A stretch of 64,000 nucleotides of DNA from Nitrospinaceae bacterium. GTDB lineage: Bacteria; Nitrospinota; Nitrospinia; Nitrospinales; Nitrospinaceae. Below the pieces are notes generated by a model, which had not been told where the DNA came from, did not search any database, and saw only the letters and a list, made by a program, of their open reading frames with translations. The first letter of the stretch is position 1; each line of letters starts with the position of its first letter. Of the stretch, positions 8,703 to 17,571 are shown in pieces. The stretch spans positions 1,376,001 to 1,440,000 of the forward strand of contig OZ250172.1 in the NCBI GenBank assembly GCA_965237905.1. The letters are read 5' to 3'. A program made the translations under genes and the position numbers.

Positions 8703-8731
8703 CAACTCTTTTCATCTTCAATGCGCCACGG

Positions 8732-8768
8732 CGGTACCGGACACTCTCCGGTACCGTTTTTTATTTTT
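8732..8768 (+). terminator. Rho-independent terminator
   Basis: CGGTACCGGA-cactc-TCCGGTACCG perfect 10-bp stem followed by a T tract. Confidence 0.8.
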
Positions 8769-8800
8769 GAAGTCCGCTCTCCTTTCCCGTTGTTCACAGG

Positions 8801-8829
8801 TTGAATCCATTAGCTATTGATAGTATAAA
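8801..8829 (+). promoter_or_regulatory. Candidate sigma-70 promoter
   Basis: TTGAAT-N17-TATAAA upstream of the ankyrin gene. Confidence 0.45.
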
Positions 8830-8879
8830 CAGGGCTCCAGGGCCGGACAGGCCTCACCGTGACCTCGGGGAGCAGGCAA

Positions 8880-10478
8880 ATGGTATTCTCATGGATTAGA
8901 ATTGCATTGGGTTTCGCTTCCGTACTGCTTTTGTTTGCCTGCAACTCTTCGGACACCACCAGCACTCCCCCTTCCAGAATCGAAGAACAAAAACAAATCG
9001 AAAAGTTTGTCGAAGCGGCTCGCAAAGGTCAGTCGCACACTGTCATTTTAATGCTCGATAACGGACTGATGAATCGTCAGGCCGCCCTGGATAAGGGACT
9101 GATGGCCGCACTGGAGGGGGAGCACACCGATCTGGCCGCGTTTCTCCTTAACCGGGGAGCCGATCCAAAAGCGAAAAACGGTGGATCATTCACCGCTTTA
9201 ATGGAAACGGCTTTGCTAGGCGATTTCCATCTTGTTCGTCAATTGATGGAATTGGGAGCCGACCCGCACGCCGTCGACAATGAAGGCCGGACCGCACTGA
9301 TGAGCGCCGTTACCGGCGGCAATCTGGAAGCGGTGGATTTGATCCTTAACCGGAAACCCAAAGTCAACGTGCAAGATAAGACAGGCTTCACCGCCTTGAT
9401 GTGGGCCGCAACCGGCAACCACCCCGAAATCGTCGAACGCTTAATCGAACACAGTGCCAACGTCAATCTGCGCGACCGTAACGGCTACTCAGCGCTCTGG
9501 CTGGCAACCCTCCGGGAAAATCTCAATACCGTCCGTATTCTGGTGGATAAAGGTGCCAAAATTAATCTGATTAATAAAGACGGATTTTGCCTGCTGATCG
9601 ATGCCGTCGCGGGAAGTAGCTCGGAAATCTCTCAGCTGTTGCTCGACGCAAAAGCCAATATCAATATCAAAGATCGGCAAGGACGCACTGCATTGATCGA
9701 AGCCCTTCATCGAGGCACTCCCGAAACTATCCGGCTTCTTATCAAACGAGATGCCGATGTCCAGCATAAAGACGGACAGAGAAATACCGCGTTGATGGCG
9801 GCCGTCGCCCGCGGCGACCTCGAAATCCTTAAATCCCTGCTGAAGTTGAAACCCGATCTGGATGTCAAAAACCGAATCGGCCGAACCGCATTGAACGATG
9901 CCGCCTGGCTGGAGAATCTTCCCATGGTGCGCCTCCTTTTAAAAAAAGGCGCTGACCCCAATATCCTGGACCGGCAAGGGGTCAGTCCACTCAGCAGTGC
10001 CGCAGGCAAGGGAAATATGGAAATGGTCAAATTGCTTCTCAGGTGGGGTGCCAAAATTAAGGGAGAAGAAGGCCAAAGGTTTAACGCGCTCAACAGCGCC
10101 GCCTTCGGCGGGAACATAAAGATCGTCAAATTGTTTTTGAGGAAGGGAGGCGATGTCAATGCGCCGGATGCGCATGGGATGACTCCGCTGATCAGCGCCG
10201 CCTTCGGCAACAATATTGAAATCGTGCAATTACTGCTCGACAAAGGAGCGGATATCAACGCCCGCACCCGAAGAAGATGGACCGCACTGATGAGTGCGGC
10301 GTTCGAGGGTAACCTGAAAATCGTGGAATTATTGATTGATCAAGGAGCGGACCGACACGTGAAAACCCGTGACGGATGGACCGCCTACAAAAGTGCGGAG
10401 ATGGGGGGCCACACCCGTATCGCCCGGCTCCTCACGCCCGATGTCGAATCTCTCCAGAAAGAAGAAGCGCCTCAATAA
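8880..10478 (+). CDS. Ankyrin-repeat lipoprotein (~15 repeats)
   Basis: Lipobox LFAC; 33-aa G.TAL..AA..G....V..LL..GA repeats; ATG 8880 has a GGAG RBS (ORF-track start is 8859). Confidence 0.9.
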   Translation: MVFSWIRIALGFASVLLLFACNSSDTTSTPPSRIEEQKQIEKFVEAARKGQSHTVILMLDNGLMNRQAALDKGLMAALEGEHTDLAAFLLNRGADPKAKNGGSFTALMETALLGDFHLVRQLMELGADPHAVDNEGRTALMSAVTGGNLEAVDLILNRKPKVNVQDKTGFTALMWAATGNHPEIVERLIEHSANVNLRDRNGYSALWLATLRENLNTVRILVDKGAKINLINKDGFCLLIDAVAGSSSEISQLLLDAKANINIKDRQGRTALIEALHRGTPETIRLLIKRDADVQHKDGQRNTALMAAVARGDLEILKSLLKLKPDLDVKNRIGRTALNDAAWLENLPMVRLLLKKGADPNILDRQGVSPLSSAAGKGNMEMVKLLLRWGAKIKGEEGQRFNALNSAAFGGNIKIVKLFLRKGGDVNAPDAHGMTPLISAAFGNNIEIVQLLLDKGADINARTRRRWTALMSAAFEGNLKIVELLIDQGADRHVKTRDGWTAYKSAEMGGHTRIARLLTPDVESLQKEEAPQ

Positions 10479-11320
10479 GTTCTTTCAAACCGCAGGTTCC
10501 GTGACGGATCGGGATTATAAACATATTCCAGCATCAACGCCCAGTTGCCTTTTTCATAATCGCGTTCGCCCCCCTCGGTTCCATAGGCACGAGGATTAAA
10601 AAGAAACTTGGCATGGTGCTGTCCGTCACGATTTCTCACGAAAATCACCCCGGCCGATTTCTGATTAAAATCCATGCGAGCAGAATTGGCGTAACCGGTA
10701 GCCGGTGCTTGATCGGTGTATACCAGATGATCAAACCGGACCCCTAACATCTCTTCTGAAACGAAATGGAGCCCACCTCCACCTGTCGCGGTGAGACCGA
10801 TGTTTTTCCTGTCAAAGCTGGAGTTAAATTGCGGAAACACGTCCGCCTCATCGGGATTGAACGTGATGCGTTTCTCGGAGAATATCCAGCCGAAGGGTTT
10901 AAATCCCTGAATGCCCAGTTTAAGTATTCCAAACTGAGGCCGCACATAATCCGGAGCCTTGCTTTTAATCTGAAGAACAACCGTGCTGTCGGGTTCGAAC
11001 CAACCCCTAAACCTGACATAGCCCTCCCTTTCGGTCTTCAGTTTCGCACTGGTCCCGACATCATACACCACTCGGAAATTTCCCTGGGAATCGGATACCG
11101 ATTCGAATGTATACATATGATCCCAGGTAACGCCACCGGTGAAATTCCACCCCGATTGCTGGAGAATCACCCGCACCCCAGCCACCGGCTGGCGCGTTTC
11201 GTAGTCGATCACCTGTCCTTCAATAAATTGTTCGCCGGAACATCCGGAGCCCGCCAAGCCCAACCCAAGCAGGAGAAGAATTATCAGGAACTTGTGGAAA
11301 TGAGTATCGCAGGATGTCAT
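10472..11320 (-). CDS. Putative lipoprotein with a carboxypeptidase-regulatory-like N-domain
   Basis: Hydrophobic leader ending GSGC; IEGQVIDYETRQPVAGVRV...SDSQGNF...EGY. Confidence 0.65.
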   Translation of the reverse strand: MTSCDTHFHKFLIILLLLGLGLAGSGCSGEQFIEGQVIDYETRQPVAGVRVILQQSGWNFTGGVTWDHMYTFESVSDSQGNFRVVYDVGTSAKLKTEREGYVRFRGWFEPDSTVVLQIKSKAPDYVRPQFGILKLGIQGFKPFGWIFSEKRITFNPDEADVFPQFNSSFDRKNIGLTATGGGGLHFVSEEMLGVRFDHLVYTDQAPATGYANSARMDFNQKSAGVIFVRNRDGQHHAKFLFNPRAYGTEGGERDYEKGNWALMLEYVYNPDPSRNLRFERTY

Positions 11321-11344
11321 GGCACCCTTCCATCCGGAGAATTA

Positions 11345-12094
11345 TTATTGGGAGGCGTCTTTGGCACAACGAAAACCGAAGTTAGAGTTGCGCACATAGG
11401 GGTCCGACCAATAACGGGTGGCGGGGGTCAGGTGTCGTGCGCCGGAGTACCAGGAGCCGCCGCGCAATCCTTTTTCCTCCCCTGTCTCGGGGCCTTTCGG
11501 ATTTTTCGCAGGGCTTCGTTCATAATACTTTTTTTCATACCAATCCGCCACCCACTCCCAGACATTGCCTGAAGTATCGTACACTCCGTAAGCATTGGGC
11601 TGGCGGTTTCCTACCGGATGAGTCTGGTCTTCCGAGTTGTCATCGAACCAGGCATATTCCGGATTCATGTCTTCGCCCCAGAAGTACAAAGAAGGTGTTC
11701 CGCCACGCGCGGCTTTTCCCCATTCGGCTTCGGTGGGCAGGCGCTTGCCGGCCTTCGCGCAATAGCCCCGTGCCTCGTACCAAGTGACCTGCTCGACGGG
11801 ATGATTCTCTCCTGTGAATTTTGAGGGATTGGCCCCCCGGAGGCGCTCATAATCTTTTTGAACCACCTCAAATTGATCCATGAAAAACCCATCCAGATAG
11901 ACTTTGTGCGGGGTTTTGTTGCTCGCCCCTTCCAAACCCATGACAAATTCCCCCGGCGGTATCCACACCATGCCTTCAGGAGGTTGCGGAGCCGCTTCGG
12001 TTAAAGTGGGAGCCCACAACAGGAATGACACCAACAGCATTGCCAACACCAACGATTTTTGATGGAAAAATTTATTTTTCATACGCGGATTCAA
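11345..12094 (-). CDS. Secreted formylglycine-generating-enzyme (SUMF1/FGE-sulfatase) family protein
   Basis: MVWIPPGEFVMG, KRLPTEAEW, PNAYGVYDTSGNVWEW, RGGSW, GFRC. Confidence 0.9.
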   Translation of the reverse strand: MNPRMKNKFFHQKSLVLAMLLVSFLLWAPTLTEAAPQPPEGMVWIPPGEFVMGLEGASNKTPHKVYLDGFFMDQFEVVQKDYERLRGANPSKFTGENHPVEQVTWYEARGYCAKAGKRLPTEAEWGKAARGGTPSLYFWGEDMNPEYAWFDDNSEDQTHPVGNRQPNAYGVYDTSGNVWEWVADWYEKKYYERSPAKNPKGPETGEEKGLRGGSWYSGARHLTPATRYWSDPYVRNSNFGFRCAKDASQ

Positions 12095-12240
12095 ATCGTG
12101 CTCCTCTTTATCATTTTAAAATATTTGATTGCCCACACACCCGAACTATTCCCTCAACAAGCCAAACAGTATATTATCATACGAACCTCGGGTTCCGGAA
12201 AAACCTCAAGAACCGCTAACCGAAGGAGCAAGGCGCTCAA

Positions 12241-12615
12241 ATGTCATTTTGGAATTGGCTTGGATCAGGCAAACTCAAGGAGTGCGAAGAGAAAGCACGA
12301 CGCGAACCGGAGAATCCCCAATCTCACTTTGAGCTGGGAACGGAATACGAGCGGCAGGGTCAATATCCCCCGGCCATTGAAGCGTTTCAACAAACACTGA
12401 AACTGAGTCCCCGATCTGCTGAAACCCATTTCAACCTGGGGGTGCTCTACGAAACTACCCAAAACGGTCGGCAGGCCATTTCCCATATGGTGCAAGCGGG
12501 CAATCTGTTCTCCGAGCGCAACGATATGGAAAATAAAGACAAGGCCCGCAAGAAACTGAAAGCGTATTACGAGCAATTCGATTTCCAGCCCGGCGACAAC
12601 CCACCCTCTGTTTGA
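12241..12615 (+). CDS. Tetratricopeptide repeat protein
   Basis: SHFELGTEY...AIEAFQQTLKLSP.SAETHFNLGVLY TPR pattern. Confidence 0.8.
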   Translation: MSFWNWLGSGKLKECEEKARREPENPQSHFELGTEYERQGQYPPAIEAFQQTLKLSPRSAETHFNLGVLYETTQNGRQAISHMVQAGNLFSERNDMENKDKARKKLKAYYEQFDFQPGDNPPSV

Positions 12616-12733
12616 AACCCACCTCTTTTCAACCTTTTTTTACCTTCCTCTGAATCCAATTGCCTCCTCAAAAAACTGTGTTACTCTGGAAACTACCCTG
12701 CTAAACAGCTATTATCACTTTAAGGCCTGATTT

Positions 12734-14269
12734 ATGAAAGTCTGTCTGATAGAACCGCCCAAATTCGTTTCGCTGACCAATTTCGTATCCACGATCAGCA
12801 TGCCGCCGCTCGGCCTGGCCTATATCGCCGCCGCAGTGCGCGAAGCGGGACACGAGGTAACGTTGGTCGACGGACCCGGTTCGGCTCCCCGGAATTTTTT
12901 TCAATTCAAGGATGTTCGGGTACGAGGTTTAACCAAGGAAGACCTTATCGAGCGCATTCCAAAAGACTCCGAAGTCATCGCTCTGGGATGCATGTTCACA
13001 TCCAACTGGGTCTATGTCCGGGAAATCGTGAAGGATATTCGCGCCCGATTTCCGAACGCCAAATTGATCATGGGCGGTGAGCACGTTACCGGTTTTCCCG
13101 AGCTGTCCCTCGAACAAGCGCCCTTGGACGCTGTAGTCCTGGGCGAAGGCGAAGAAATTGTCGTTCACCTACTCGAACATTTTGAAAAGAAGGCCCCGCT
13201 GGAGGAGCTGGAGGGAGTGGCCTTCCGTTCCTCTGATGGAAGCATTCAGGTGAAACCCCGGTACCGGCGCATCAAGGATATCGATTCCATCTCTTGGCCG
13301 GCGTGGGATTTGTTCGACATCCAACAATATAATGAAGTCAATCAACCGCACGGCGCGTCGCAGGGACGCTTCATGCCGATGCTGGCGACACGCGGGTGCC
13401 CGTTTCAGTGCACGTTCTGCACCAGTCCCAACATGTGGACCACTGAATGGATCGCGCGCGACTACAAAAACGTGGTCGACGAGATGCAAAATTACCAGAA
13501 AATATATGGGACCAGCGATTTTCAATTCGAAGACCTCACCGCCATCGTCCGCAAGGATTGGATCGTCGACTTCTGCGACGAAGTTGTCCGGCGTGGTATG
13601 AAAGTTACCTTTCAGATGCCGTCGGGAACGCGCAGTGAATCGATCGATGCTGAAGTCGCGCAGAAACTTAAAGCCGCAGGATGCCACGAGTTCGCGTTTG
13701 CTCCGGAGTCCGGCGATCCTGAAATATTGAAGGCCATCAAAAAGAAAGTCAAACTTCCTGCCATGTACGAGGCCGCCCGCAATGCCATGGATGCGGGGAT
13801 CAACGTTGGTTGCTTTTTTATCATCGGCTTTCCGGAAGATACCTACCGGAGCGTCCTGAAAACTTATGCCGCCATGGTCAAATGCGCGTTGAAAGGCTTC
13901 ACCAACGTCAATCTCAATGCCTACTCACCGCAACCCAACACCGAATCGTTCCAGGAACTGCAGGCCAACGGCGTCATTACAGAATTGGACGACGAATACC
14001 TGATGAGCCTGTTCACCTTTCAGGATTTCGGCGCTAAGAAAACTTCGTACAATCCGAAGTTCGGCGACCACGAATTATCTTTTCTGGTGATCTTCGGGCA
14101 AGGATTGTTCTACGTATTTTATTTCCTGCGAAAACCACGCAGAATTTTCGAGTTGATGATCGATCTGGTTTCCAATTCGGCACGCAACAAGAGCAACAAA
14201 ATGGCCAAGTCCGCCCTCAAAGATGCGTTTACTGTTGTCAAATCCAGACTGGTCGGCGTTTTTAAATAA
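12734..14269 (+). CDS. Cobalamin-binding (class B) radical SAM protein
   Basis: PPLGLAYIAA and IMGGEHVT B12-binding domain; TRGCPFQCTFC CxxxCxxC; FFIIGFPEDT. Confidence 0.9.
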   Translation: MKVCLIEPPKFVSLTNFVSTISMPPLGLAYIAAAVREAGHEVTLVDGPGSAPRNFFQFKDVRVRGLTKEDLIERIPKDSEVIALGCMFTSNWVYVREIVKDIRARFPNAKLIMGGEHVTGFPELSLEQAPLDAVVLGEGEEIVVHLLEHFEKKAPLEELEGVAFRSSDGSIQVKPRYRRIKDIDSISWPAWDLFDIQQYNEVNQPHGASQGRFMPMLATRGCPFQCTFCTSPNMWTTEWIARDYKNVVDEMQNYQKIYGTSDFQFEDLTAIVRKDWIVDFCDEVVRRGMKVTFQMPSGTRSESIDAEVAQKLKAAGCHEFAFAPESGDPEILKAIKKKVKLPAMYEAARNAMDAGINVGCFFIIGFPEDTYRSVLKTYAAMVKCALKGFTNVNLNAYSPQPNTESFQELQANGVITELDDEYLMSLFTFQDFGAKKTSYNPKFGDHELSFLVIFGQGLFYVFYFLRKPRRIFELMIDLVSNSARNKSNKMAKSALKDAFTVVKSRLVGVFK

Positions 14270-14296
14270 GGCAGTTCTGAGGAAGGAAATCGGGGC

Positions 14297-15019
14297 TCAT
14301 TTTTCTACAACAAGAAAAGATTGTTTGCCCATGACCCTCCAAACCAAAGGCACCTTCAGATAAAGCCAAACCAAAAACGGGTGTTGAGGAATTTTACTTT
14401 TGGTGGTAAATGGAAGGAATTTTGAAATGACGCGCTTAATTTTAAATCCCTTGATGAGGAGTCCTTCGATGAGACTTTTCTCCGTCAATGCAATATGATG
14501 ATCAAAGAAATCCCAGTATTCAAAACCCACATGGCGGATGTTGGGCTGAAGGATCAAGAATAAACCGCCCTTTTTTAAAACCCGGTGAACCTCGTTAAAC
14601 GTTTGCAGGGCCTCCTCCTTGGTTCTCAAATGTTCCAGAAAGTTGCTGGTGAACACAACATCTATTGATTCATCAGCCAGAAAGGACAGATTGGTAGAAC
14701 TGGCCTGCTGAACTGTGACATTGGTGTGAGCAAGCGAAGGCGTGTCGTCGTTGAGGTCGACGGCTAATTTTTCCCGGCATTGGATGTTGTTGATGAAATC
14801 ACAATACCCGGCGCCCAAATCCAAAACGGTGTCATTGGGAGAAACATACTCTTGGAAAAAGTGCTTACACAAAACCTCCCATATCCGGGCTTTACACTCG
14901 GCCTCTTTTTTACTAAACCGGCCCTGATATAACAAATCCAGGTTTTTATGGAGTTTTTTCTTTCCTCCAGACCCGGGGAATTTTTCTTGAGGGTTTAATT
15001 CTATGTCAGGCTTGTCCAT
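14297..15019 (-). CDS. Class I SAM-dependent methyltransferase
   Basis: VLDLGAGYCDF motif I; DVVFTSNFLEH; RVLKKGG. Confidence 0.88.
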   Translation of the reverse strand: MDKPDIELNPQEKFPGSGGKKKLHKNLDLLYQGRFSKKEAECKARIWEVLCKHFFQEYVSPNDTVLDLGAGYCDFINNIQCREKLAVDLNDDTPSLAHTNVTVQQASSTNLSFLADESIDVVFTSNFLEHLRTKEEALQTFNEVHRVLKKGGLFLILQPNIRHVGFEYWDFFDHHIALTEKSLIEGLLIKGFKIKRVISKFLPFTTKSKIPQHPFLVWLYLKVPLVWRVMGKQSFLVVEK

Positions 15020-15052
15020 GAATTTTTCTTATCAAAACTTTAAGGGCGGGAT

Positions 15053-16585
15053 ATGATTTTGACTGATGTTTTGGCTGAAAGAGAACGATCGCGACTGGCC
15101 TACTGGGACAAAGTCGATTACTTTCTTTCCCTTCGGCTCAACTGGCGAGCCCAGATGGCACGAAACATGTTTCATCTTCTTCCTGGGGAATCCCTCTTGG
15201 AACTGGAATGCGGCGACGCTCGCTGGGCACAGAAAATTTCCGAGGTCAATCATCATACCAATCCGATCTGTGCCGCCACGTTCGACCCCGAATGCCACGA
15301 GAAACTCAAGCATCAGGATCTTCCTGCAAACATAGAACCGGTTCTACTGGATTCTCTTCCCGGCGCATTAGAAAATAGGAAATTTGATTATGTGGTGGCC
15401 TGGCACATGCTCCCAAACGAAAACTATAGTCAGTTTCTTCTGAATGTCAAACACTTCTTGAAACCGGGAGGAAAATTCCTGCTTTTTGAACCCAACCCCT
15501 GGAATCCATATCATCAATTACGAAAAATTATTTCTAAATTATTGTTTTTCAAAAAAGCCAAAGGCAAGCGGGCCGCATTCAACCGAATTCAGATGATGTC
15601 CATTCTCTCAGATATCGGTTTTACCGGAGTTAAGATTCTTCCGTACGACTTCTTGTTTCCACCGGTTCCAAAATTCATGTTGTGGCCCATGCAAAACCTG
15701 AGTTTGATTCTGGAAAATACTCCCTATTTGAGAAACTTCTCAGGAGATTTGTATCTGCATGGACAAAAACCTGCGCCTGATGAGTGGTCCCGCCCAATGG
15801 TCAACCTGGCACATCATGATAGTTTGAAGCAACGGGTTTCTGTCGTCGTCCCCTGCCACAACGAGGAAGCCAATATCCTGCCGCTGGTTCAAAGTCTGAG
15901 GGGATACTATGACGATTACCTTCACGAAATCGTTCTAGTTGATGACAACAGCCGTGACCGGACGGCGGAAGTGGCGGAGCATCTTGGACAGGAAGATCCC
16001 CGGATCAAACTGGTGCGGCGCAGTATGCCCAATGGCGTAGGCCGGGCACTGCGCGACGGCCTGGCCGCCGCCAGCGGCGATTATATTCTGCTCATGGATT
16101 GCGATTTCCAGCACATCCTGCCGGAGTTGACAGGTCTGTTCGAGGCCGCCGATCAAGGGGCGGACGTGGCCATCGGGAGTCGCTTCTCGCGCGACAGCGT
16201 TCTTTTAAATTATCCGTTTACCAAAATTATAGCCAACCGGGTCTTTCATATATTCGCGCGGATCCTGTTTCGGAAATATCTGCGTGATCTGACCAACAAC
16301 CTCAAACTGATGAAACAGGAGGTAGCCCGCAACCTTCACCTGGAATCGGATGATTTTGCGGCCAATGCTGAAACCGGTCTGCAACCGCTTTTATTGGGAT
16401 ATAAGGTCGTGGAAGTACCGATCTCTTGGATCAACCGCTCCATAGACATGGGCTTTTCCAGTTTCAACCTGGGTCATACCGGCCCCAATTATCTGAAGGT
16501 TCTTTTCCGTTTATTCGTAAGGCGATTTTTTGGAAAAGATATGGTGTTGCAATCCACCAAACAACCCAAGCCCGATACCCCCTGA
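15053..16585 (+). CDS. Bifunctional SAM-methyltransferase-like / GT2 (DPM1/ArnC-like) glycosyltransferase
   Basis: N-terminal LLELECG...FDYVV...FLKPGGKFLLFEPN; C-terminal VVVPCHNEE, VDDNSRD, MDCDFQH, GSRF, EVPISW. Confidence 0.85.
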   Translation: MILTDVLAERERSRLAYWDKVDYFLSLRLNWRAQMARNMFHLLPGESLLELECGDARWAQKISEVNHHTNPICAATFDPECHEKLKHQDLPANIEPVLLDSLPGALENRKFDYVVAWHMLPNENYSQFLLNVKHFLKPGGKFLLFEPNPWNPYHQLRKIISKLLFFKKAKGKRAAFNRIQMMSILSDIGFTGVKILPYDFLFPPVPKFMLWPMQNLSLILENTPYLRNFSGDLYLHGQKPAPDEWSRPMVNLAHHDSLKQRVSVVVPCHNEEANILPLVQSLRGYYDDYLHEIVLVDDNSRDRTAEVAEHLGQEDPRIKLVRRSMPNGVGRALRDGLAAASGDYILLMDCDFQHILPELTGLFEAADQGADVAIGSRFSRDSVLLNYPFTKIIANRVFHIFARILFRKYLRDLTNNLKLMKQEVARNLHLESDDFAANAETGLQPLLLGYKVVEVPISWINRSIDMGFSSFNLGHTGPNYLKVLFRLFVRRFFGKDMVLQSTKQPKPDTP

Positions 16586-16715
16586 CGTTTCAAGAACATC
16601 CCTGAGCAAAAACTACCTCTAAAAATATCTATAACCCGCTTTTATCCAATATTTTGTGGCGCAATCCGAAAGAATTCGTTATATTAAAGGAATCCAATAG
16701 ATAGGAAAGAAATCC

Positions 16716-17105
16716 ATGACAGAACCAACATCCGCGCCCAAAATCCTGGTGGTAGACGATGAGGTGAAGATGTGCTTCACCTTGACCAAATTATTCGAAC
16801 TGAGCAATTACTCTGTAGCCGTCGCTCACAATGGATTGGAGGCTTTGGATAAAATCGACAGCTTTCAACCACACTGCATTCTGCTGGACATACGCATGCC
16901 CCAAATGAATGGCATCGAAGTCCTCAAGAAGGTGAAGCAGGAACATCCTGAAATTGTGGTCATCATGACCACCGCAGTGGCCACTGAAGAAAGCCGAGAT
17001 GAATGCCTCGAAATCGGCGCCGCCGAATACCTGATCAAACCCATCGACTTTAAAGAACTCCTCGGAATCATAAAGAACCGGATCCACCCCACCGTTAAAA
17101 GCTGA
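16716..17105 (+). CDS. Single-domain response regulator (receiver)
   Basis: ILVVDDE, LLDIRMPQMNG, MTTA, YLIKP. Confidence 0.92.
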   Translation: MTEPTSAPKILVVDDEVKMCFTLTKLFELSNYSVAVAHNGLEALDKIDSFQPHCILLDIRMPQMNGIEVLKKVKQEHPEIVVIMTTAVATEESRDECLEIGAAEYLIKPIDFKELLGIIKNRIHPTVKS

Positions 17106-17110
17106 CTGGC

Positions 17111-17335
17111 TTACTCCTCCGTATCTGAATCCTTTCGTTTCCTTTTTCTCCAGGATTGAAATATATTTAAGATGAGGTAAGCGCTGTACGGGATCAGCAA
17201 CCCAAATACCAGAATCCCCCAAGTCAAACCGCTGTCGCCGTATCGTTTAGCGAGAGTTTCAAGAGGTCCGGTATAAGCCCAAACTCCATAAACTAAAATG
17301 ACTGCGCCTAACAATAAATTCTGGAACCATTTCAC
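17111..17335 (-). CDS. Small two-TM membrane protein
   Basis: Two hydrophobic segments and a basic C-tail; GTG 17335 preferred, but the start is uncertain. Confidence 0.55.
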   Translation of the reverse strand: MKWFQNLLLGAVILVYGVWAYTGPLETLAKRYGDSGLTWGILVFGLLIPYSAYLILNIFQSWRKRKRKDSDTEE

Positions 17336-17571
17336 GGCAATCACCACTTCTGTAATTTTCGTTTGGGTGCTTCTGGGATATCCAGCGGCCAGGGTTACTG
17401 CCTCCCCGGAAACGCTCAATGATCCCAACGGCAAAGCTCATTATAAGCCAAACGCAAAACTCCTTAGGAAACAGGAGTTTCCCCAACCCTCACTTCAACC
17501 CTGAGAAACCTCTCTCCGCGCTCTTGTGAAAATCGCCCCACCGGGAATCTTTCGGGATATAATGACCTTAG

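Noticed and set aside
11345..11480. FGE/CLec C-terminus (NSNFGFRC) as a diversity-generating-retroelement target
   Set aside because: No template repeat or reverse transcriptase seen in the window.
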